Shown one piece after another: positions 25,270 to 35,173 of a stretch of 64,000 nucleotides of DNA. Every line of letters starts with the position of its first letter. Position 1 is the first letter of the stretch. Source of the DNA: Octopus bimaculoides (taxonomy: Eukaryota). The stretch covers positions 73,990,524 to 74,054,523 of the forward strand of contig NC_068983.1 of the NCBI RefSeq assembly GCF_001194135.2. Reading direction: 5' to 3'. The notes beneath the pieces were generated by a model that saw only the letters and a program-made list of their open reading frames with translations, did not search any database and was not told where the DNA came from. The translations under genes and the position numbers were made by a program.

Positions 25270-25915
25270 TAATAATCCTTTCTACTAAAGGCGCAAAGCC
25301 TGAAAATTCAGGGGAGGAGCTAAGTCGATTACATCGACGCCAGTGTTCAACTGGTACTTATTTTATCGACCTCGAAAGGATGAAAAGCAAAGTCGACCCA
25401 GGGGAATTTGAACTCAGAGCGTAAAGACGGATGAAATATTGCTAAGCATTTTGCCCGACGAGCTAACGATTCTGCCAGCTCGCCGCCTTAATAAGGATAA
25501 TCCTTTCTACTAAAGGTACAAGACCTGAAATTTGGTGGGAGGTGACTACTCAATTACATCGACCACAGTGTTTCACTGGTATTTAATTTATCGAACCCGA
25601 AAGTATGAAAGGCAATGTCGACCTCGGCGGAATTTGAACTCAGAACGTAGCGACGGGCGAAATACTGCTAAGCATTTCGTCCAGTGTCCCAACGACTCTG
25701 CCAGCTCGCCGTCTTATATATACTACTACTACTAGTAATAATAATAATCCTTTCTACTATAGGCACAAGGCTTGAATTTTTGGGGAAAGGGGCTAGTCGA
25801 TTTCACCGACCCTAGTGCGTAACTAGTACTTAAATTATTGACCCCGAAAGGTTGTAAGGCTAAGTCGATCCCCGGTGGCATTTGAACTCAGAACATGGAG
25901 ACAGACGAAATACCG
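25270..25915 (-). mobile_element. Head-to-tail trimer of SINE B
   Basis: Three consecutive units each starting AATCCTTTCTACTA(A/T)AGG on + (25274, 25498, 25745). The third is cut at GAAATACCG, and its head resumes at 29349-29400. Confidence 0.9.
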
Positions 25916-27677
25916 ATTTCTTTATTACCTACAAGGGGCTAAACACAGATGGGACAATACACACATGCGGAAACAATTAACACATGATAGAATGGAACAA
26001 TGAAATTAAACAATGATGATGGGACGGCCGCGTTATTTCAATTATTTCAACAGTTCTCAATAGTTCCTTTCACAGTCTTCGATAGTTCTTTTCAAAATTA
26101 TCTCAATAATTTATCCAAAATAAAAATACTCACCATTTTATATAATCTTTTATTTCCTCGTAGTTCACCACTGGAGCGCTGGGTTCGAAATTCACCTCGG
26201 GCCCCAGTGGGTTTTATTTCTGTCGGGAAAGCCTCTTAATTTTTTATACTTTTCTTTTTCTATTAAAATCCATCTCGTCTCCTTATCGCAACCGTCTGAG
26301 AGGTCCACTTTGACAATGTCTTTTATTTTGGATATCTTTTCAATTTTTTTTTGTGTATATCGATATGATATCAAATATATGCCGTTCCTATGTACCTCCT
26401 GCGTCTGTATGTCTGTTCTTCTATATTTCTTTGTGAATGTATATCTGTGTATTTATCTGTCTGTGGGTCTGCATGTTTGTGTGACTGTAAGTCTGGATGT
26501 TGTGTTTGTGTGTGTTTTCAGGTTCTGTGCTTTTAGGTTTCTTCAACTCTGCGTTATTTTCTACGCTTCCGAGTATATGTATGTCTGTGTGTTTATGCAA
26601 CTATGTATCTGTCTGTCTGTGCGATTGTGAGACTGTATGGTTCTGTGGTAACGTTCTGCTATTATCCTCTTTCCTCAGCGATCCCACTTGATCCTGTGAT
26701 TTGTATTTTTTCCCTTGTTCGACTTTCGGCGATGAGCTCCTCCTTTCTGTCTTCCTTGATTTAGCTTCCTCAAAATCAGCTCTCTTCTCTTCCTGTGGCT
26801 GTTTCCTCTCCTCTATCACGCCTTCTTGCGTTTCCATTTCTTTGTTTTCCATTATTTCTGGGCACCTTCTTCTAATGTGACCTCTTTTGTCATATTCATA
26901 GCACTTTGGAGGTTTACCCTCCAACATTATGTCTAGTTGGTCCTCGTTAGGCAGTTCCAGTGTCTCCAGTATGTCACTGTAAACCTTCTGACTTGCCATA
27001 AAAATCACCTCCAATCCATACCCCCAAAAATTTATTTGTTGGGTTCTGCTTATCATAATTATCCTTACATTTTCTCCTCTTTCAGGAAAAACTGCTGCCA
27101 TTACCCATTCCAACTCTATTTTTGGTGGGATCCTACCCACTCTAATCCACGTTGGACGTCTACCCAACTTATTGGGAAAGAGCATCCAATTTCCTTTAGT
27201 TAACATCTTATTGGCGTATTTCTTTGCTGCCTCTTCCGATACAAATGTGATCTCTACAGACGAGTATGTCTTGCCTCTTGTAAAAAACGACATCTTCTTG
27301 CAATTCCTTCAAACACTCCTCCACCTCCTCCTTCGTTGTACTCTCTATTCTTTTATTTTTCCTTGAAAATGATTTATACTCCACGACTCCAATTTCCATC
27401 TACGTCCTTTCCTCCTCTGATGGGGTCAACTTTACGTTTGGCACCTCCTCCTTTATCATTTCTTTATATTTTCCAACCTTCTCATCTATGTCTTCATTCC
27501 AATGTATTTCATATTGCTTCAACAGGCCTGGGACGACGGAAGCTCGACTCCCCGTCGCTGCTGCATACGTCTTCATTTTCTCCATCTCAGCAACGTCCAC
27601 CAAACAATAGTGGCGTTACACTAAAAGAAATCGCAGCGAGTAATAACACGTCCGACCAGTAAACTCACAGAGCCGCT
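25916..27677 (-). mobile_element. ORF1-only L1/Tx1-like non-autonomous retroelement, copy A
   Basis: Frameshifted ORF1 (27400..27603, 27208..27399, 26601..27293) with knuckle PPKCYEYDKRGHIRRRC and a charged tail. Then ~700 bp with no EN or RT motifs and a 3' end TGTGTTTAGCCCCTTGTAGGTAATAAAGAAAT. 5' end AGCGGCTCTGTGAG. Confidence 0.75.
26601..27293 (-). pseudogene. LINE ORF1 (gag-like RNA-binding protein, degenerate CCHC knuckle)
   Basis: 230-aa ORF with RRM-like SSVEITFVSEEAAKKYA and C-x2-Y-x4-H-x4-C knuckle (second Cys mutated). The N-terminus lies in other frames. Confidence 0.75.
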
Positions 27678-27683
27678 ATACCA

Positions 27684-29348
27684 ATTTCTTTATTACCCAT
27701 AAAGGGCTATACAAAGAAGTTTTAAGACATCACAAAACATAAAGACGGTACAAAACGCAACAAACATCGGGGAACTAAAAATACAAAAACAAATGATAAT
27801 AGTTGAAGAAATATTAAAATAAAAAGACAATATGCAAGAATGAAAAAATGAGGCGCAATGTCCACTCGAACCCCGAAGTCGGCTGGTTACATTTATCCAG
27901 TTTTTCACTTTTACGTTCAACATCATGTAAACATTTTAACGGNNNNNNNNNNCAAAGAAGTTTTAAGACATCACAAAACATAAAGACGGTACAAAACGCA
28001 ACAAACATCGGGGAACTAAAAATACAAAAACAAATGATAATAGTTGAAGAAATATTAAAATAAAAAGACAATATGCAAGAATGAAAAAATGAGGCGCAAT
28101 GTCCACTCGAACCCCGAAGTCGGCTGGTTACATTTATCCAGTTTTTCACTTTTACGTTCAACATCATGTAAACATTTTAACGGTTTTGCAACCCCCAAAA
28201 TTGAAATACTCGCGTTATTTTTCTTCCATTAATCACTGTTACTTCCGTCTTTATCAACTGCAAATAATCAGTTCTAGGGGGTGGTGTCTCCACCAACCAT
28301 ACCCGTTTCGTTATTATATTTTCACCAAGTTCTTTTATGTACTCTCAGTAGTTTTCCTCATGTATCAAAATGCATTTCTCAGCACATTTCTCAGGCATCT
28401 TCACTCTAATTTTTTTCTCCAACCTCTCGACTTTTTTTCTCCATCTGCTCGCAATTCTCGTACTTTATCAAAACCCCCTCGTATTTCACATCTTTATCCG
28501 TTCTCTCCTCCTCTTCTTGTAGATTATTAGTTTCTGGCTTTTCTATCTCTTTTATGTTTTCTGTTGACCGTTCCTTTGACTTATTTTTCCTTCGCATTTT
28601 AGGGTTAGTAGCTCCATTTTCGTTCTTCTTCTTTGTTTTCTCCGTTTCACACTTCTGTCTCTCTTTCATTTCCTCAGTGTGGTCTACAATGTTTTCCTCC
28701 ACTGCTTGTGCTTTCTCTTGCTGTGTGNNNNNNNNNNNNNNNNNNNNNNNNNNNNNNNNNNNNNNNNNNNNNNNNNNNNNNNNNNNNNNNNNNNNNNNNN
28801 NNNNNNNNNNNNNNNNNNNNNNNNNNNNNNNNNNNNNNNNNNNNNNNNNGGTTGCATGCTTGGTTGCCTCTTCTATAGTGGCGAACCTCACCTCTACCGT
28901 ACCGAACTTTCTTCCTCTGTTGATGTACGTGGCTTCATTGACAATTTCATCCAGGCACTCCTCGATTTCCTCTTCCGTCACCATTTCAATTTTACAGGTT
29001 TCGACAGCCTGTGTACGATACACAACTGTCCTCAGAATTTTTTCTTCTTTAGTCTCTTTTGGGGGCACAATTTGTATGAGTCTCCCTCAACTTCTATCAA
29101 ATTCCTGCTTCTGGTCACCTCCTCCATATCCAACTTGATTAACTTGGTTTCTAGCGGCACTGGCTTCCTCACCGCAGTGGCCTTGGCATAGCTCTCCATA
29201 CTGGAGACACTACTATTTGCCATAGCTGGGAAAAAATGCAGCAGCTCAATTATTACGTAACCGTAATAATTCCACAAAAATCACAATTATTTACCGAAAC
29301 AGTTTTCTCAAAGTAACAACCGTATTCACAATAATTCACAGAGCCGTT
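27684..29348 (-). mobile_element. ORF1-only L1/Tx1-like non-autonomous retroelement, copy B (diverged family)
   Basis: ORFs 29032..29277 and 28406..29068 align by eye to copy A (ESYAKATA vs KTYAAATG; TEEEIEECLDE vs TKEEVEECLKE; GTVEVRFATIEEATKHA vs SSVEITFVSEEAAKKYA). 5' end AACGGCTCTGTGA; 3' end TAGCCCTTTATGGGTAATAAAGAAAT. Two N gaps inside. Confidence 0.7.
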
Positions 29349-30187
29349 ATACAGCGAAGCAGTTCGACCGGCGTGCTAACGATTCTGCCAGCTCGTCGCC
29401 TTACTACTACTACTACTAATAATAATAATAATAATAATGCGCTATTCCTTTTACACTGCAGTTAAGTGGTTCTAAAATAATATATCATTACAATTGTAGC
29501 GAAGCCTAGAATCGAAACCCTACAGGTTTAGTAAGTAGGATCAGATCACACTTAGATCAAGCGACGTGCTCTTAATACTATCCAATCAGCTTGTAGAAAT
29601 ATCACCCCATATTATATAGATGCTTTTTCTTATTTCCCATTGCGCTGCCCTTTTTACAGAGAATGATCTTTTCAAGAATTTCTCACTTCAACATCTTGGT
29701 AATATCTCTTCCAACTGACCAGTTTTCTTAAAATTCTCGTATTGGTCTTTGCTAAGTAAACGTTCCATTATGTAAAGGTTTCCCAACACTGCATTGCCGT
29801 CCTATTTAAGAAGTCATATCAATTCAAAAGACTACAAATTCCCACGGGGATAAGTTTCGCAATGTCGACCAGTAAAATCTCAGAATCAAACTTTGAGGGT
29901 ATCTAATTTTCAGGCAGAAGAGCCCCGTCTCTATTGCGGTTGATAAACTGTACATTAATCGAAACGTCTGCTTTCTGTGCAAGACCAGATAATAGATTAT
30001 ATATGCACGCATGTATGTATGTCATTATTCGGTTTTATTTCAAGATTCCTTACTAATAGTGAAAGAGCCGGTTTTTAACCTAGATCGGAGTCTCCTTCAT
30101 TGAAATTTCAACATCAACAGGGTATGTATGTATGTATGTATGTATACGTGCAGATTTGTATGTTTTGTCTTACGTATATTTTCTCAT

Positions 30188-30568
30188 GGAGGCGCGATGG
30201 CCCAGTAGTTAGAGCAGCGGACTCGCAGTCATAGGATCGCGGTTTCGATTCCCAGACTGGGCGTTGTGAGTGTTTATTGAGCGAAAACACTTAAAGCTCT
30301 ACGAGGCTCTGGCAGGGGATGGTGGTGAACCCTGCTGTACTCTTTCACCACAACTTTCTCCCACTCTTACTTCCTGTTTCTGTTGTACCTGTATTTCAAA
30401 GGGCCAGCCTTGTCACACTGTGTCACACTGAATATCCCGGAGAACTACGTTAAGGGTACACGTGTCTGTGGAGTGCTCAGCCACTTGCACGTTAATTTCA
30501 CGAGCAAGCTGATCCGTTGATCGGATCAACTGGAACCTTCGACGTCGTAAGCGACGGAGTGCCGACAA
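30188..30568 (+). mobile_element. tRNA-derived SINE family D, full length
   Basis: GGAGGCGCGATGGCCCAGTAGTTAG...GGTTTCGATTCCC head, CORE-like GTGTTTATTGAGCGAAAACACTTAA, 3' GACGGAGTGCCGACAA. TSD ATTTTCTCAT on both sides. Second copy at 46640-47019. Confidence 0.9.
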
Positions 30569-31934
30569 GAAATTTTCTCATGCATATACTTGCATATCTA
30601 GACGTGCTCATATATACGTAAATGATAAACTTGTGGAAAGTTTTACAGATTTTTACAGTTCCAGTGATGACTTGGCTCTGTAGTATGTACGTAAAATAAT
30701 TCCAATAGCAGTATTACGTTAAAGTGGCGATAAACACTACCTTACAAAACACTTTTCCTTAAATGGATTGCACCTCTCTCGTATTATCTCCCTATATGAA
30801 CCAATCTTCAGGAGTTCATAATTAATGGCAGCGTACTCATAAGTTAGGGAAAGTCATAAAAAAAAACAGGAAAAGTTATAAAAAACTATGGTTCCACAGA
30901 CAAAATAAACAAAAATGTTAATTGAATCACGAGAAATAAATTAAATTTGTCATCGAAAGTACTTTCTAAAAATATGTATAAAAACACTTTATTTTGTTTT
31001 TCTTCTCTATTTTATATTTAGTCTCAAAAGTAGCAAAATAAATTAATTTAATGAATTTATCCAAACAAATTATGCCGGCAACTTAGTCAAATTTTTAATA
31101 CAAATTTATTAAAAATGCCAAAGTTACAAACGAAAAAAAGCTGTTAATTTAATATGCATTTGAACTTAATTAGGGAATAACCTAATTCCCTGCTTAACTA
31201 TCTGCTTAAGCAATAGGTGTGTCAAATTACTACGTTTTGAGTTCAAATTCCACCAATGTCAACTTTTCATTTTCATTCTTTGGGATCGATAAAATAATAA
31301 CTCATGATGGTAGATTAGTGGAATTGTTAGTGTTCAACAGAATACTTTGTAGTTACTTAGTCAAACACTCTACGCTTTGAGAGTCCAGGCAGGGGTAATT
31401 TATTTGTCTATCTAAAACTAATGGCTATCTAAAACAAGATGTTATGTAAAAATTATCTGAGACAAGCAGCGGGAAACACCTTTATGTCTTTCCACGAAAA
31501 TTCTATGACGAAGCATAGCACTTGTTAAGGAAATCACTCCTTGTAACTTAATGATAAAGAAAGGAAATCCATAATCTGTGTTACCCAAAAGAACTAAATA
31601 CTCTAATGAGTTAGCCTCGTAGCCGCTACATAGGCGTCTGACCTACTAAAAGAGAGTCAAATCTACATCAAATTACAATCCTCAAAAAAGAATATGTGAG
31701 TGTGTTAGGGGGGGGGGATATATTGAATATTATAATCTTATAAGCAATAAGTTTGAAGAAAAAATAAACGATTTGGTGATTACTGTTAAAACCTCATTGA
31801 TACGTAGATGTACTAGATCATGGTTGACGTGGCGATGTTAAAAATGAACGACAGCAGCAGCTAATTAACTCTAATTATATAGCAGGAATAGAAATGAAAA
31901 CGAAATGGTGTGGTGTACATACTTTTTTTCCCTG

Positions 31935-32145
31935 GCAAGCTGGCGGAATCGCTCGTACGCCGGGTATGACGCTTAGCGGTATTGCGTCCGTCTTTACGTT
32001 CTGAGTTCGAATTCCCCGAGGTTGTCTTTGCCTTTCATCCTTTCGAGGTCGATAAAATAAGTATCAGTTGAGCATTGGGTTCGATATAATCCACTTACCC
32101 ATCTCCCCGAAATTGTTGGCCTTGTACCAAAATTTAAAATCAATA
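31935..32145 (+). mobile_element. SINE family B, CpG-intact copy
   Basis: GGCAAGCTGGCGGAATCGCTCGTACGCCGGG...GAGTTCGAATTCC...GAGCATTGGGTTCGATATAATCC. Other B copies at ~30-180, 20700-20880, 31200-31290, 34630-34800, 35640-36140, 38125-38300, 46000-46390, 47130-47330, 50300-50400 and 51826-52034. Confidence 0.85.
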
Positions 32146-32399
32146 TTTATTGCACAAATTGAATGGAATGGTTACAACCAAGAAACGAAACCTCATTGCG
32201 TACTTTGCATATCAGTCATCACATATGCGTATCAAAGTATGTGTCGACGGATTTAGTTTTAATGTTCAATTGATTTATTTATCAGGAACTCATTACTTTG
32301 AAGTATGTTCCAGACGAGCTCAAAGATATTCAAAGATTTACGTTCAGATATTGGATTCGACCATAACCAGCTGGTGAGAGGTAATTACCACCCTGCAGT

Positions 32400-32501
32400 T
32401 AATAAATAATAGTTTGCGCACCATTTATTATATTCTATAAGCATAATAAGCCAGAGGTTTGCCATTTTGGCTTTGATTTCCGCCGCTACAAAGCACACAA
32501 G
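32400..32501 (+). promoter_or_regulatory. Candidate promoter / 5' UTR with YY1-like motif
   Basis: TGCGCA at ~32414, GCCATTTT at 32461 (YY1 consensus GCCATNTT) and TTCCGCCGC, in CpG-retaining unique DNA directly before ATG 32502 and a perfect GTAAGT donor. Confidence 0.45.
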
Positions 32502-32510
32502 ATGACAACA
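32502..32510 (+). CDS. Candidate first coding exon (MTT)
   Basis: AAG ATG ACA ACA|GTAAGT, phase 0. Confidence 0.45.
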
Positions 32511-32757
32511 GTAAGTATTGTAAATTTATTTGAAGATCTGTTTTCCACATATCGGTGTACTGACAATATCCTTAAAAATATAATGCTGCTGGTTTTTCTT
32601 ATAGCATCTTGCAACCATAAAATAGAAGAAAAAAGTATGAACATGTCAGAAAAGAATTGTCATTAAAAGAGAATTAACGCAAAGCGTTTTATTTTGTATG
32701 TTTAATATATTTGACAGAAAAAATTTAAAATGGAGTATTTAGTTTTTTTTTTTTCAG

Positions 32758-32784
32758 TTGTATAAGGACGAATTTGTTTTTCAA
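32758..32784 (+). CDS. Candidate 27-nt exon (LYKDEFVFQ)
   Basis: T13-CAG acceptor, CAA|GTAACT donor, open in phase 0-0 with the MTT exon. Confidence 0.4.
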
Positions 32785-35134
32785 GTAACTATATAAAAAA
32801 ATTTTTTAACGTAGAACTACTTATGTTCATGTTGTGTATTGGGTTGAAAGAAGTTGTGACCCTCATTTAACGTCTCCAGGAGTAACTACAAAGGAGTGTG
32901 GAACTATTCATTGTAAATTCAGGAACAAAATTTGCTTAGGGAATGCAAACCTAGTTTCAACTCGGTATGTTCGAAACATTTTCATTGCTCCTCCACCAAA
33001 TTTTAGGCAGAGCGCTTGCACACCCTGTTCCCGAGCCTATACTGTTTGTTTTAGACACTCTTACAAAATGAAGCCCTTTTTCCATCTATATAAATAACGG
33101 ATCTATTCCATGAGATAGAATAGATCTACAACTTTAATACGAAATAACTTCTGAAATACCAAATTTTGTCAAAAACGTTCAGAGTAAACGTGAGAAATTC
33201 TACCAGTATTCGAAGTTTCAACCTGTTGAAAAATTAATTAAATGTGTGATTGAGATGGAATAGGTTCCAAATAACAAATGAATGGTGATGTCATTGACGC
33301 ATTTAAAGTACTTGAGAGGAATATTCAAGGAATTCGTCTTAAATATCTCAAAGTAACGCCAATCTAACAGCTATCTCTCCCTCCCTCACACGTCTACATC
33401 ATTTATCGCTTGCCGTTGGACTGCGGCCATACTGGGACATCGTCTTAAAAGATTTAGTGGTACAAAATGAGTTTTACGCATTTTTTGAGCTTGACATTTA
33501 TGCTATTGGTCTTTTTTGCTGGGGCATAAACTTACTGGGGCATAAACAAAACGGCTTTCAAGGGAACACACACACGACGAGTTTCTTTCAGTTTCTGTTT
33601 ACCAATTCCACACACGAAGTCTGGTGCTATCAAAGCATACACTTGCTCGAGGTGCCGCACGCTCGGACTGAACTCGAGACCACTTGGCTGGAAAGCAGTC
33701 TTCTTATCCACATGGCTTATGTACTTGATATCTTGCGTTAATAATGTTAATATTTTTTTTTTAGTAGGCCAGTAGTCAATACGTTATTCTATTAAACTAA
33801 CCTGTCTATCATTCTAGATCTTGTGCTATTAATATTTGTATATTAAATTGAAAGTCTTTTTCTAAATGAAATATATGTTGACGTAAATCTATCTAGTTTA
33901 GACAGACTTGTCTACCGTCAAAGGCGTGAGAATTCAAACCAAGAGCTAGAAAAGGTAGTGAGAAATGATAAAAGGAAGTGGGATACTCTCAATTTATTTC
34001 AGTAGAGCTGGTTTTAGTGTGAGCGCATTATCACATGATATCAACAGTAAACAAAATGTATTCCTTTTTTACTGCAATCATTCTCTTCATCGCTACTGAT
34101 ACGTGTGCCTCTTGGTCACCATATTGAAATGAGATTGTTTCTTTACTCAGTTGTTAGCATTGTCGTATTTAGCCTCTGTACCGCAGAGTTGATTAAGATT
34201 CCTAGCCTGTGCATAATTGCCGTCGGCTGCAATCGCCAGTCACGTAGGTAATAAAATATTCTCAACTGTATGATCATGTGAACCATAGATTCCACTGTCA
34301 CGGTCTACGATTTGGCTAAAAATGTGCCCCAGGACTGTGATAAATCTTTAAACTTTTCAAATTGCTTTTTTTTTTTTTTAGTTTGTCTTTGGAGAAAGTG
34401 TGAGAAATTGCTTGTGCAAATATGAAAGCATGAGATTGAGTTAAATAGTGAGGCCCACGATGTTGTGAGATTTGGCAAGTATGTACAAAATGTTTTCTTG
34501 GGCATCAAACCATAAATGAATGCTTGGCTATTAGTACTTCTGAGTTTTTAGTTAAACTTTATTTTATGCTTACTCATCTACTTTACAATATCCTATCTAA
34601 TATAGACACACAACCTGAAATTTTACATGAGGGAGCTTGTCTACTACATCGATCCCAGTGCTCAACTGGTACCCGTTTTTTTTTTTTACCTCAAAAGTAT
34701 GAAAGGCTAAGTCGACCTTAGTGTAAGCTGAGCTCGGAATATAAATCTGGAAGAAATATTGCAAAGCATTTTATCCGGTGTGTTAACGATTCTGCCAGCT
34801 GATAATCTTCCTTTACTTTATATTCTGCACTGTCAGTGTGACGTCCTGGTAAAAGAAGTCACTGCAGGGGGGAATCATCATCCCTCATTGTGGTGTGGTT
34901 CCAGTGTGAAATGATGGTGAGCACAACTATCCAGAGGGATGTTGCCCTTTTAAAACCAACCCCTCCATAGTGTTTTTTATGTGTCACTGGCACAGGTGCC
35001 TTTTTACCAGTATGGGTGCCTAATTAGAGTTGAATAAACATCCCTATAATCAAAAACATTCTCTCCTCATAATTTAAATTCAACCAAATATTTAAATCAT
35101 TTTAATTACAAAATTATGCATAAATTTCCTCTAG

Positions 35135-35173
35135 CAAAGTCTGGGCTGTCCTGTTCATCGAGTTCAGACGACA
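35135..35173 (+). CDS. Candidate 39-nt exon (QSLGCPVHRVQTT)
   Basis: TTTCCTCTAG acceptor, ACA|GTAAAC donor (weak), open phase 0-0. Unique sequence. Confidence 0.3.

Noticed and set aside
27713-28182. Exact ~230-bp direct duplication (27713-27942 and 27953-28182)
   Set aside because: The copies are identical and separated only by a 10-N gap, so this is almost certainly unmerged contig overlap.
30020-30125. Possible hammerhead-derived repeat on the minus strand (TCAATGAAGG...AAAACCGGCTC)
   Set aside because: Both core boxes are defective and the stems are not supportable from this copy.
30188-30260. tRNA genes (also at 8290-8363, 11512, 56380-56460, 57154)
   Set aside because: A/B boxes are present but there is no closed acceptor stem, and each continues into a repeated SINE body.
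34187-34247. Exon-like segment (CCGCAG...TAG|GTAATA)
   Set aside because: Its only open frame is phase-incompatible with the neighbouring candidate exons.
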